Assembly: GCF_050632405.1 (NCBI RefSeq)
Contig: NZ_CP192601.1
Span: forward strand, 4,250,904 to 4,274,903
Length of the DNA: 24,000 nt
Source of the DNA: Sediminicoccus sp. BL-A-41-H5
GTDB lineage: Bacteria > Pseudomonadota > Alphaproteobacteria > Acetobacterales > Acetobacteraceae
Reading direction: 5' to 3'
The position numbers were made by a program, and so were the translations under genes. The notes beneath the pieces are model-generated. The model was not told where the DNA came from and did not search any database. It was given only the letters and a program-made list of their open reading frames with translations. Position 1 is the stretch's first letter, and each line of letters opens with the position of its first letter. Positions 8,351 through 16,263 of this stretch are shown in pieces.

Positions 8351-8528
8351 GCCGCCCTGGCCGTTGGCGTCTGCATCCTCCCAAGGCCTGCCATAAGCAG
8401 GTGGGCACCAGATAGCCGGACCACGGCCCAGCCAGCGCCAGTTCCCGGGAGTTGCGTATTGGCCCTGGGGATGTCTGTACCTGACGCACCGGGCAGCCTC
8501 GCCACCCAGAGGTAGGCCCTGGGGCGGC
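8351..8528 (-). ncRNA. ssrS: Probable 6S RNA (ends approximate)
   Basis: The 5' arm pairs with the 3' arm: GCCGCCC 8528-8522 with GGGCGGC 8357-8351, GGCC 8518-8515 with GGCC 8362-8359, CCTC 8512-8509 with GAGG 8380-8377, and CTGCC 8496-8492 with GGCAG 8392-8388. Two non-complementary stretches (about 8491-8469 and 8420-8393) would form a central bubble. An apical helix pairs CCAGGGCC 8468-8461 with GGCCGTGG 8428-8421. Length is about 178 nt, and the terminator follows 4 nt downstream. The candidate lies between zapA and the 5-FCL gene, as ssrS does in E. coli. It was folded by eye and not checked against a covariance model. Confidence 0.55.
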
Positions 8529-8610
8529 GAAAGGCAAGGAAAGCGAGATCGTGCTGGCGCCGCTTCGCCGAAGGGCGCAAGCTGATCCGACCAAAACGAG
8601 TCCAGAACGG

Positions 8611-9216
8611 ATGTCCGGCCCGGAGACCCACACGATCGCTGATCCATCGCCCCGCCCCGCGGGCGGGGCGCCGCTTGGTGCCTCCTTTCTCGGCATGGCG
8701 GCGGCGGCCTCGGCCTCCGGCCAGGCGCGGGCCGCGCTGCTGCTGCGCGCGGCGGGCGAGGCGCTGATCGCCGAGGACCGCATCCTGCCGCCCTCCACCG
8801 CCGGCCTGCACCGCCTCGCCTATGTCAGCCGCGCGACGGCGGCGAGCGGGGCGGAATCCGCCCGGCATCTGGCGGCCATCCTGGAGGTGGCGCGGCGACA
8901 CAATGCCGAGGCCGGGCTGACCGGGGCGCTGCTGCACAGCCGCCGCTGGTTCGCCCAGGTGCTGGAAGGGGAGCGCGGCGCGCTGGAGGCGCTCTATGCC
9001 CGCATCGCCCGGGACCCGCGCCACCGGGACGTGACGCTGCTGGCGCTGCACCCCGCGGCGCGGCGCGTCTTTCCGCGCTGGTCCATGGTGCATGCCGGCC
9101 AGGTGCCGGAGCAGGTGATCCGCCGCGGCCTGAGCGGCCTGGGCGAGGCCGCGGCGGCGACGGCCGCCCTGCGGGACCTGATGGCGACGCTGCGGTTCCG
9201 CCTCCGCCTGGCCTGA
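8611..9216 (+). CDS. BLUF-domain blue-light photoreceptor (short BLUF protein); start uncertain (8551 GTG, 8611 ATG or 8695 ATG)
   Basis: The C-terminal part of track ORF 8551..9216 reads LHRLAYVSRATAA...GLTGALLHSRRWFAQVLEGERGALEALYARIARDPRHRDV...RVFPRWSMVH. It carries the conserved BLUF Tyr (AYVS), Gln (FAQVLEG) and Trp/Met (WSM). Third-position GC rises from about 8611 onward, so I prefer that ATG. Confidence 0.85.
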   Translation: MSGPETHTIADPSPRPAGGAPLGASFLGMAAAASASGQARAALLLRAAGEALIAEDRILPPSTAGLHRLAYVSRATAASGAESARHLAAILEVARRHNAEAGLTGALLHSRRWFAQVLEGERGALEALYARIARDPRHRDVTLLALHPAARRVFPRWSMVHAGQVPEQVIRRGLSGLGEAAAATAALRDLMATLRFRLRLA

Positions 9217-9221
9217 CGGCG

Positions 9222-9560
9222 CTACGGCTTCTCGATCGCGTTCGCGATGCCCTCGATCCGCTCGGCGATGCGCGAGAGGCGTTCGGCGAGGCGCGGGTCG
9301 GTCGTGGCGGCGACGACGGGGGCCGCGCCGCCCTGGCTGCGCAGGCGCGCGAGGTCGATCCGCAGGTCGTTCGCCTCGTCCGCGAAAAGGAGCGCGACAT
9401 GCAGCAGCATGCGCGATTCGCTGAACTGTCCGCCCATGGATCGGATGACGCGCACCTTCTCCTCGATCTGGCCGACGAGGTCCTGGACGTGCTGCTCCTC
9501 GCCATCCTTGCAGCCGATGGTGTGGCTGTAGCCGTTCACGCGGATATTCACCTGGCCCAT
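9222..9560 (-). CDS. zapA: Cell division protein ZapA
   Basis: Track ORF of 112 aa with ATG at 9560, preceded by GAGGAGG. MGQVNIRVNGYSHTIGCKDGEEQHVQDLVGQIEEKV...MLLHVALLFADE matches the ZapA family pattern. Confidence 0.9.
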   Translation of the reverse strand: MGQVNIRVNGYSHTIGCKDGEEQHVQDLVGQIEEKVRVIRSMGGQFSESRMLLHVALLFADEANDLRIDLARLRSQGGAAPVVAATTDPRLAERLSRIAERIEGIANAIEKP

Positions 9561-9571
9561 GGGCGTCCTCC

Positions 9572-9904
9572 TCAGATCTCGGCGGCGGATTCGTCGCCGA
9601 CCAGGGCGCGCAGCTTGCCCAGCGCCTCATCCAGGCGGCCGGAAAGCCGTTCGATATCGGCGCGGGAGACCATGTCGCCGGGGGCGGGAAGACCGGCGCG
9701 CGCTTCGGCGAGCGCGGACTCGCGCGCGGCCCGCACGGCGGCCTCCACGGCGGCTTCGCGGGCTTCGAGGTGCCGGCGTTCACGGGCTTCCAGGGCTTCG
9801 GCCAACCGCTCCAGGGCCGCTTCCAGCCGGTCCGCGGCAAGAAGGGTGATGTCGTTCGCGTCCAAGGCCTGCTCCCGGGTGCTGGACCTGCCAGCGCTCT
9901 GCAT
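9572..9904 (-). CDS. Coiled-coil protein, DUF4164/ZauP-like (ZapA partner); start uncertain
   Basis: Track ORF 9572..9943 begins with TTG and would overlap the divergent ORF, so I trimmed it to ATG 9904 (110 aa). The product is Ala/Glu/Arg/Leu-rich heptad-like sequence (LEAALERLAEALEARERRHLEAREAAVEAAV). Its stop lies 11 nt before the zapA start. The call rests on position and composition, not on a recognised motif. Confidence 0.55.
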   Translation of the reverse strand: MQSAGRSSTREQALDANDITLLAADRLEAALERLAEALEARERRHLEAREAAVEAAVRAARESALAEARAGLPAPGDMVSRADIERLSGRLDEALGKLRALVGDESAAEI

Positions 9905-9918
9905 GGGAAAGCGTTGGC

Positions 9919-10341
9919 ATGCAGCCGGTTCAGGGTCAACCAAGGGAAGTGCCGGCCGTCATCATCCACGGTGCGCGGGACGTGGCCTTCGCGCTGGAGG
10001 TGGCGGCGGGCCGGCCTCTCGCCCTGCTTTCGGCGCCCGGGGCGGCGGGGTATCTCGGTGTCGCGGGGTTCCTCGCGCTGCTCGCGCCGCATGGCGCGCT
10101 GGCCCAGGGAATCCTCGATGCGGGTGCGGCGCCCGGTCATGCGCTGGCCGCGTTGCGCGCGGGGCTTCCCCGCGTGGTGCTGGCCCCCCATGTCCCGGCC
10201 TGGGCCGCGATGGCCGCGCTCGCGGAGGGGATGGGGGCGACGCTGCTCGCCACCGCACCGCCCGCGCTCGATCTGGCGCGGGTTGATTTCGAGGCGCCAC
10301 GGGGCCGGGTCCATCTGGCACGCTGGCTCGATCTGCCCTAG
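9919..10341 (+). CDS. Hypothetical protein (140 aa)
   Basis: Track ORF with ATG at 9919 preceded by GGGAAAG. Third-position GC is strongly high throughout (for example gcc gtc atc atc cac ggt gcg cgg gac gtg gcc ttc gcg ctg). I recognise no family. Confidence 0.5.
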   Translation: MQPVQGQPREVPAVIIHGARDVAFALEVAAGRPLALLSAPGAAGYLGVAGFLALLAPHGALAQGILDAGAAPGHALAALRAGLPRVVLAPHVPAWAAMAALAEGMGATLLATAPPALDLARVDFEAPRGRVHLARWLDLP

Positions 10342-10381
10342 ATCACATTCAAATTTCGACCCTTTGGAAAGGAAGCGCCCG

Positions 10382-11302
10382 ATGCGGCTCACGCGCAAGG
10401 TCAAGGAAATCCTCTCGTGGTACGAGAGCGACAACCCCGGGACGAAGGGCAACATCGCCCGCATCCTGATGACCGGCAAGCTCGCCGGCACGGGCCGCAT
10501 GGTCATCCTCCCGGTGGACCAGGGCTTCGAGCACGGCCCGGCCCGCAGCTTCGCGCCCAACCCGCCCGCCTATGACCCGCGCTACCATTTCGAGCTGGCG
10601 ATCGAGGCCGGGCTGAACGCCTATGCGGCGCCGCTCGGCGCGCTGGAGGCGGCCGCCGGTTCCTATGCCGGCTGCATCCCGACCATCCTCAAGGTCAACA
10701 GCAGCAACAGCCTCTCCACGACGAAGGACCAGGCCGTGACGGCGACGGTGCAGGACGCGCTGCGCCTCGGTTGCTCGGCCATCGGCTTCACCATCTATCC
10801 GGGCTCGGAATACCAGTTCGAGATGATGGAGGAGCTGCGCGAGCTCTCCGCCGAGGCGAAGGCGGTCGGCCTCGCCGTGGTGACGTGGTCCTATCCGCGC
10901 GGCCCGATGCTGGACAAGGTGGGCGAGACGGCGCTGGACATCGCGGCTTATGCGGCGCACATCGCGGCCCTGACCGGCGCGCACATCATCAAGGTGAAGC
11001 CGCCGACGGATGCGATCTTCCTGGATGCGGCGAAGAAGACCTACCAGTCGCATCCCGTGGATGTGAAGGACGCGGCCGCGCGCATTGCCCACATCGTGCA
11101 GGCCTGCTTCGCCGGCCGTCGCCTGGTGGTGTTCTCGGGCGGTGAGGCCAAGGGCGCCGATGCGCTGCTGAACGAGGTGCGCGCCATCCATGCCGGTGGC
11201 GGCAATGGCTCCATCGTCGGCCGCAACGCCTTCCAGCGCCCGAAGGACGAGGCGCTGAAGCTGCTCTCCGACATCATCGACATCTACAAGAGCAAGGGCT
11301 GA
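10382..11302 (+). CDS. fbaB: Class I fructose-bisphosphate aldolase (DhnA/FbaB type)
   Basis: Track ORF 9770..11302 trimmed to ATG 10382 (GGAAAGGAAG upstream), giving 306 aa. GKLAGTGRMVILPVDQGFEHGPARSFAPNP...YDPRYHFELAIEAG...ILKVN...IIKVKPP...GRNAFQRP aligns with E. coli FbaB ([30 protein letters not shown]). Confidence 0.92.
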   Translation: MRLTRKVKEILSWYESDNPGTKGNIARILMTGKLAGTGRMVILPVDQGFEHGPARSFAPNPPAYDPRYHFELAIEAGLNAYAAPLGALEAAAGSYAGCIPTILKVNSSNSLSTTKDQAVTATVQDALRLGCSAIGFTIYPGSEYQFEMMEELRELSAEAKAVGLAVVTWSYPRGPMLDKVGETALDIAAYAAHIAALTGAHIIKVKPPTDAIFLDAAKKTYQSHPVDVKDAAARIAHIVQACFAGRRLVVFSGGEAKGADALLNEVRAIHAGGGNGSIVGRNAFQRPKDEALKLLSDIIDIYKSKG

Positions 11303-11367
11303 ACCAGGCCCTGATTTCTTCGGCCGTCGCCGAAGCTTCGCATGGCCCGGGGCGCTAGCCTCGGGCC

Positions 11368-12096
11368 ATGTTCGATTCCGCACTTCATCTCATCGCCATC
11401 GCGGGCGTCTTTCTTCTGGCCGGCTTCAGCAAGGGGCTGATCGGGCTCGGCCTGCCGACCATCGCCATGGCGCTCCTGAGCCTGCTGGTCCCCCCGGCGC
11501 AGGCGGCCGCGCTGCTGCTGCTGCCCTCCTTCGTGACGAACCTCGTGCAGATCGCGCCCCTGCGGCAGGCCTGGCGCCTCGCGCGCCGGCTCTGGCCCAT
11601 GCTGGCCGGCGTCGTGCTGGGCACCGCGCTGGGCGGCCTCGCCTGGGGCGGCTTCGGCGGGCGCTACGGAGCCACGCTGCTGGGTGTCGCGCTCGCGGCT
11701 TATGGCGCGCTTGGCCTCTTCGCGTGGCGGCCGCGCTGGCCGGAGCGCGTGGGCGGGCTGGTGGGCACGCTGACCGGCGCGCTGACGGCGGCGACGGGCG
11801 TCTTCGTCATCCCGGCCGTGCCCTGGCTGCAGGGCATCGGCCTCGCGCGGGATGAACTGGTGCGCGCCCTGGGGCTGGCCTTCCTGGTCTCGACGCTGGC
11901 GCTGGGGGTGCTGCTGGGCGGCAGCGGCGCGCTGGCGGGGCCACAGCTCCTCACCTCGGCCCTCGCCCTGCTGCCGGCGCTGGCGGGCCAGGCGCTGGGA
12001 GCGGCGCTGCGCGGGCGGCTGTCCGAGGCGATGTTCAAGCGCGTCTTCTTCGCGGGGCTGCTGCTGCTGGGCACCGGCATCGCCTTGCGTGGTTGA
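11368..12096 (+). CDS. TauE/SafE (DUF81) family anion/sulfite exporter, inner membrane
   Basis: Track ORF of 242 aa. It is polytopic and hydrophobic, with FLLAGFSKGLIGLGLPTIAMALLSL near the N-terminus and a second half-repeat, as in TauE/SafE proteins. Confidence 0.82.
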   Translation: MFDSALHLIAIAGVFLLAGFSKGLIGLGLPTIAMALLSLLVPPAQAAALLLLPSFVTNLVQIAPLRQAWRLARRLWPMLAGVVLGTALGGLAWGGFGGRYGATLLGVALAAYGALGLFAWRPRWPERVGGLVGTLTGALTAATGVFVIPAVPWLQGIGLARDELVRALGLAFLVSTLALGVLLGGSGALAGPQLLTSALALLPALAGQALGAALRGRLSEAMFKRVFFAGLLLLGTGIALRG

Positions 12097-12134
12097 GGGG
12101 CGGTTCGGCAGGATGCCGGGCCAGGGAGGGTTTG

Positions 12135-12605
12135 ATGCGCCGCATCTTCTGTGCCGCCTTGCTGTGCGCCGGCCCCGCGCTGGCCGACCCGTCCGCGCAA
12201 CTTGCCGCCGGCAATGCCTGGCGCGCGCTGGATGAATTCGGCGCCGCCCTCACCGCCTATGAGGCGGGCCTTCGCGAGGCGCCGGGCGATGCACGCCTGA
12301 TGGCCGAGCGCGCGCTGGTGCTGCACCGCATCGGTGAATTGCGGCGCGCCGAGGCCGAACTGGCCCGCGCCATCGCCGCCGCCGGCCTGCGCGACGCCGC
12401 GCCCTTCACGGCGCGGGCGGGCCTCGCGCTGCTGGCGGGGCAGGATGCCTCGGCCGATCTGGCCGAGGCGCTGCGCCGCGCGCCGGACGATCCGCGCGCG
12501 CGGGCGCTGGTGGCGCTGCTCGCGGCCCGCCAGGGCGGGCCCGCGCTGCCGCCGCGCGTGATGGAGGCCCTGCGGCAGGATTTCGGGCCCTGGCTCCCGG
12601 AGTAG
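12135..12605 (+). CDS. Secreted TPR-repeat protein
   Basis: Track ORF 12093..12605 trimmed to ATG 12135 (GGGAGGG upstream). It has a signal peptide ([17 protein letters not shown]) followed by TPR-like A-x-x-Y / G-x-x-x-A repeats ([43 protein letters not shown]). Confidence 0.7.
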   Translation: MRRIFCAALLCAGPALADPSAQLAAGNAWRALDEFGAALTAYEAGLREAPGDARLMAERALVLHRIGELRRAEAELARAIAAAGLRDAAPFTARAGLALLAGQDASADLAEALRRAPDDPRARALVALLAARQGGPALPPRVMEALRQDFGPWLPE

Positions 12606-12609
12606 CGGA

Positions 12610-13359
12610 TCACGCCGCCCCGGGCAGGGCCGCCGCCTCGCGCAGCTCCGCCTCCAGCCGCTGGACCAGGCCGGGCGGCAGGTCGAGCGCGCCCGCCAGC
12701 GCCTGGAGATAGGCGCGCTCGGCCGCCCCGGCCTCGCCGATGATCAGCGCGGATGCGGTGTAGAGCTCGGCCTTCTGCGCGTCGGTCTCGGCCAGCCGGG
12801 CGACGGTTTCGGGATCGGCGCTCACCTCCAGGATGCGGAACATCTCGGCCTTCTCGCCGGGGTCGAGGTTCAGGCGCTCCGCCTCGGCGAAGATGCGCTC
12901 CCGCTCGGCGGCGTCCATCGTGCCGTCGGCGCGGGCGGCGGCCATCATCGCCTGCACCAGGGCGAGGCCGAAGGGGCGGCCGCCGGTGGCCTCGGCCTCA
13001 GGCCGGGCGAATTCCTCCACCCCCGGCGCCCCGCCGCCGCCCTGCTGCGCCTTCCATTGCTCATAGGCGCGATGCGCCAGCAGCCCCACCACGGCCATGC
13101 CGCCCACGCGCAGCAGCCCGCCGCGGCCCCCGCCCAGCAGGGAGCCGAGCAGCCCGCCCGCCGCGGCCGCCCCGGCGGCATGGCCCATGGGCGGGCGGAT
13201 GCGTTGCAGCAGCTCGCCGAGCGTGCCGCCGCCGCCCGCCGCCCCGCCCAGCAATTCCGCGAGGCCGCCGCCCTGGCCCTGGCGGCCCGGCAATGGCGTG
13301 CCGGTCTGCGGCACCGCGCCGGGGCCCAGAAGCTCCCTGATGATCCCCTGCCAATCCAT
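12610..13359 (-). CDS. DUF533 (YebE-like) protein with TerB-type C-terminal domain
   Basis: Track ORF 12610..14136 trimmed to ATG 13359, because the upstream part is antisense to thiE. The 249-aa product has a Gly-rich N-terminus, one TM ([17 protein letters not shown]) and a C-terminal region [29 protein letters not shown]...AELYTASAL typical of the TerB/DUF533 family. Confidence 0.7.
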   Translation of the reverse strand: MDWQGIIRELLGPGAVPQTGTPLPGRQGQGGGLAELLGGAAGGGGTLGELLQRIRPPMGHAAGAAAAGGLLGSLLGGGRGGLLRVGGMAVVGLLAHRAYEQWKAQQGGGGAPGVEEFARPEAEATGGRPFGLALVQAMMAAARADGTMDAAERERIFAEAERLNLDPGEKAEMFRILEVSADPETVARLAETDAQKAELYTASALIIGEAGAAERAYLQALAGALDLPPGLVQRLEAELREAAALPGAA

Positions 13360-13455
13360 GCGCGCCCTCCCTGGCCTGAGCCGGGGGAACGCGCGGGCGG
13401 CGCCGCGACTGCCACATGGCTTCCCAAAGCTGCGCCCACGGGCGACACAGGAGCA

Positions 13456-14091
13456 ATGGATGACCGCTGCCGCCTCTACCTCATCACGCCCCCCGTGCTG
13501 CCGCCCGGCTTCGAGGATCACCTCGCCGCCGCCTTGGATGCGGGCGATGTCGCCTGCCTGCAACTGCGCCTGAAGGATGCGCCGCGCGACGACGTCAGAC
13601 GCGCCGTCCAGCGCCTGATGCCGATCGCGCAGAAGCGCGACGTGGCCTTCCTGCTGAATGACGACGCGCATCTGGCCGCCGAGCTGGGCTGCGACGGCGC
13701 GCATCTGGGGCAGTCCGATGGCGACCATGCCGGGGCGCGCATGCTGCTCAACGGCAAGATCCTGGGAATCACCTGCCATGCCTCGCGCCATCTCGCGATG
13801 AATGCCGGCGAGATGGGCGCGGATTACGTCGCCTTCGGCGCCTTCTTCCCGACCTCGACGAAGGAGACGCAGCATGTGGCCGAGACCGGGCTGCTCGAAT
13901 GGTGGAGCGAGCTGATGGAGATCCCCTCCGTCGCCATCGGCGGGATCACGGCCGCGAATTGCGCGCCGCTGGTGCGCGCGGGGGCGGATTTCCTGGCGGT
14001 GGTGGGCGCGGTGTGGAACCATCCCGAGGGGGCGGCCGCCGGCGTGCGGCGCATGAACCAGGCGATCAGCGAGGCGCTCGATGGACGTTGA
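13456..14091 (+). CDS. thiE: Thiamine-phosphate synthase
   Basis: Track ORF 13057..14091 trimmed to ATG 13456 (AGGAG upstream), giving 211 aa. [38 protein letters not shown] and [14 protein letters not shown]...IPSVAIGGI form the ThiE pattern. Confidence 0.92.
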   Translation: MDDRCRLYLITPPVLPPGFEDHLAAALDAGDVACLQLRLKDAPRDDVRRAVQRLMPIAQKRDVAFLLNDDAHLAAELGCDGAHLGQSDGDHAGARMLLNGKILGITCHASRHLAMNAGEMGADYVAFGAFFPTSTKETQHVAETGLLEWWSELMEIPSVAIGGITAANCAPLVRAGADFLAVVGAVWNHPEGAAAGVRRMNQAISEALDGR

Positions 14092-14980
14092 ATTCGAAAC
14101 TTGCGACGTCTTCACGAGCGCCCGCTTCGGCGGCAATCCGCTGGCCCTGGTCTATGGCGCGGATGGGCTGGAGGATACGGCGCTGCAGGCCATCGCGCGC
14201 GAATTCAACCTCTCCGAGACCGTCTTCGTCCTGCCGCCCGAGCGCGAGCCCGCCGATGTGCGGCTGCGCATCTTCACGCCCGGCATGGAGCTGCCCTTCG
14301 CCGGCCACCCCAATGTGGGCGCGGCCGTGATGATCGCGCGGCGCATCGGCCATGAGGGGGAGCAACTCGTGCTCGAACAGCCGGCCGGGCATGTCACGGC
14401 CTGGCTCACGCGCGGCCCCAATGGGGGAACCGCGGGCGGGCCGGTCGCGGCCGAGATCGAGGCGCCGCTGCCGCTCACGCTCGGCGTTTCCTTCGATCGC
14501 GCGGCGATCGCGGCCTGCTGCGCCCTGCCGGTGGAGGCGATCCATGTGAACGCGCATCCGCCGCTCATGGCCGGCTGCGGCGCGCCCTTCGTCATCGCCG
14601 AGATCGAGGATGTGGAGCTGCTCGCCGCCGCGACACCCGACATCCTCGCCATGCGCCAATGCTTCGGCCCGATGGCGAGCCCGCCGGTGGGTCTGCTGCT
14701 GCACACGCCGCTCGGCATCGGGCGCAGGCGCGCGCGGATGTTCGCGCCGCTGAACGGCGTGGTGGAGGACCCGGCGACGGGCAGCGCCAATGTCGCGCTC
14801 GCCGGCCTGCTGCTGCATCTGGCGGGCGGCTCCTCGCTCGCGCTGGAGGTGGAGCAGGGCGCCGATCTTGGCCGGCCGAGCCTTCTCGTGCTGGCCGCGC
14901 GGCGCGAGCTGGATGGCGGCATCCGCGTGCGGGTCGGCGGCGGCGTGGTTCCCGTCTCGCGGGGCGTGATGAGCCTCTGA
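14081..14980 (+). CDS. PhzF-family isomerase-like protein
   Basis: Track ORF of 299 aa. [51 protein letters not shown] and DPATGSAN are PhzF/DAP-epimerase-fold motifs. It overlaps the end of thiE by 11 bp. Confidence 0.88.
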   Translation: MDVEFETCDVFTSARFGGNPLALVYGADGLEDTALQAIAREFNLSETVFVLPPEREPADVRLRIFTPGMELPFAGHPNVGAAVMIARRIGHEGEQLVLEQPAGHVTAWLTRGPNGGTAGGPVAAEIEAPLPLTLGVSFDRAAIAACCALPVEAIHVNAHPPLMAGCGAPFVIAEIEDVELLAAATPDILAMRQCFGPMASPPVGLLLHTPLGIGRRRARMFAPLNGVVEDPATGSANVALAGLLLHLAGGSSLALEVEQGADLGRPSLLVLAARRELDGGIRVRVGGGVVPVSRGVMSL

Positions 14981-15708
14981 TGGAGGAGCTCGATTTCCAT
15001 CGCGCGCTCCATCGGCCAGGGGTGCTGCTGGATATCGGCGCGCATGACGGGCTGCTGACGATCCCCTTCGCGAAGCTTCCCGGGAGCCGCGTGCATGCCT
15101 TCGAGCCACTGCCCTCCGCGATGGGCCGGCTGCGGGCAGCGCTGGCGGGGGCGTTCGGCGCCGTGCCGCCGCATGTGACGCTGCATGACGTGGCCCTCGG
15201 CGCCGCGGCGGGCGAGGCGGTGCTGACGCTGCCCGTGCTGGATGGCGTGGCGCAGGAGCAATGGGCCAGCATCAGCAAGGACTACGCCGGGCATGCGAGC
15301 GTCACCACCGAGTCGCATCGCGTGCGCGTGGCGACGCTGGACAGCCTCGGGCTGCAGGATGTGACGGCGATCAAGCTCGATGCCGAAGGGGCGGAGCAGG
15401 AGGTGCTGGAGGGTGCCAGGCGGACGCTGACGCGCTCACGCCCCGTGCTCTCCATCGAGATCGAGGAGCGGCACAGGGCGGGCAGCACGCGGGATGTGCC
15501 GGCGCTGCTGGCCGGGCTCGGCTATGCCGGGTTCTTCTGGCACGCGGCGGCGCTGCGGCCGATGGCCGAATTCGACGCCGCGACGATGCAGGTGGCGAGC
15601 CCCGACCCCGCGGTCTTCGCGGCGTCGGACCCCTATGTCTTCAGCTTCTTCTTCCTGCCGGCCGAGTCGGCCGGCAGGCTCTCGGAACAGCTTCAGCGCG
15701 CCCGGTAG
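14980..15708 (+). CDS. FkbM-family SAM-dependent methyltransferase
   Basis: Track ORF 14659..15708 trimmed to ATG 14980 (TGATG overlap with the PhzF stop), giving 242 aa. LLDIGAHDGLLTIPFA...VHAFEP...IKLDAEGAEQEVLEGA...RPVLSIEI matches the FkbM pattern. Confidence 0.85.
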   Translation: MEELDFHRALHRPGVLLDIGAHDGLLTIPFAKLPGSRVHAFEPLPSAMGRLRAALAGAFGAVPPHVTLHDVALGAAAGEAVLTLPVLDGVAQEQWASISKDYAGHASVTTESHRVRVATLDSLGLQDVTAIKLDAEGAEQEVLEGARRTLTRSRPVLSIEIEERHRAGSTRDVPALLAGLGYAGFFWHAAALRPMAEFDAATMQVASPDPAVFAASDPYVFSFFFLPAESAGRLSEQLQRAR

Positions 15709-16154
15709 GGGCGGTGGCAATCGCCGCAGGCCGCACCCGTCGCCTGCACGGCGGCCTGGAAATTGGCGACATTGCCCGAGGCCGCGGCCTCGCGCAGGGC
15801 GGCGAGGCGCGGCTGCACCGCGGCCATCGCGGCGTCGAAGCCCGCGCGGTCCGTCCAGATCGCGGGCAGGGCGCGGGTGTCGAGGCCGGCGGCGCCCTGC
15901 TGCGTCCCGGCCGGGAAGAGCGTGCCGGCCGTGGCGAACCAGGCCTGGATGGCGGCGATGCGCTCCACCGTGCCGCGCGGATCGCCGCCCGCGCGGGCGA
16001 CGGCGGCGACGGCGGTCATGTTGTCGCCCGCGGCCTTGAAGCCCTCGCGGCGCTCCGTGACCACGGCGGCGGGGCTGGGCTGCGCCATCGCCTCCAGCAC
16101 GGGGGCGCCGCCCATCAGCGCCACGGCTCCAAGACCGGCCAACCAGTGCTTCAT
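15693..16154 (-). CDS. Class II cytochrome c (cytochrome c-prime / c-556 type)
   Basis: Track ORF 15693..16199 trimmed to ATG 16154 (AGGAG upstream), giving 153 aa. It has a signal peptide (MKHWLAGLGAVALMGGAPVLEAMA), a four-helix-type sequence and the C-terminal haem motif CGDCH followed by RPYR. Confidence 0.85.
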   Translation of the reverse strand: MKHWLAGLGAVALMGGAPVLEAMAQPSPAAVVTERREGFKAAGDNMTAVAAVARAGGDPRGTVERIAAIQAWFATAGTLFPAGTQQGAAGLDTRALPAIWTDRAGFDAAMAAVQPRLAALREAAASGNVANFQAAVQATGAACGDCHRPYRAR

Positions 16155-16218
16155 GCGAAATCTCCTGAGGAATGGAAAATCATCAGATTCCTGTTTCACG
16201 CCTTCTGCAAGACCCTGG

Positions 16219-16247
16219 CTTGCCGAGGGCGCGTCCTGCCGCTATGA
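16219..16247 (+). promoter_or_regulatory. Candidate promoter of tRNA-Pro
   Basis: CTTGCC (16219-16224), a 17-nt spacer, then CTATGA (16242-16247). The -10 element ends 17 nt before the mature tRNA 5' end. This is a consensus match only. Confidence 0.35.
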
Positions 16248-16263
16248 CGCGCTGCACAGGCGT

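Noticed and set aside
7996-8396. Track ORFs that read through the repeats (7996-8178 +, 8190-8396 +, 8039-8647 -, 8133-8798 -, and the N-terminal extension of 7363-8184 -) as repeat-containing proteins.
   Set aside because: Several mutually exclusive frames are open only because the repeat lacks stops. The peptides merely echo the DNA repeat, there are no ribosome-binding sites, and the true 5-FCL N-terminus (MTEAPLL...) starts at 7929.
8551-8610. GTG 8551 as the BLUF start (221 aa, as in the track).
   Set aside because: Third-position GC over 8551-8610 is only about 55%, against a strongly higher value after ATG 8611. The extension would also run up against the 5' end and promoter region of the RNA candidate. 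I keep it as an alternative only.
13360-13455. A TPP (THI-box) riboswitch upstream of thiE.
   Set aside because: The spacer is only 96 bp and is shared with a divergent gene. It contains CTGAGC but lacks the CUGAGA...ACCUGAUC.GGAUAAUGCC core elements.
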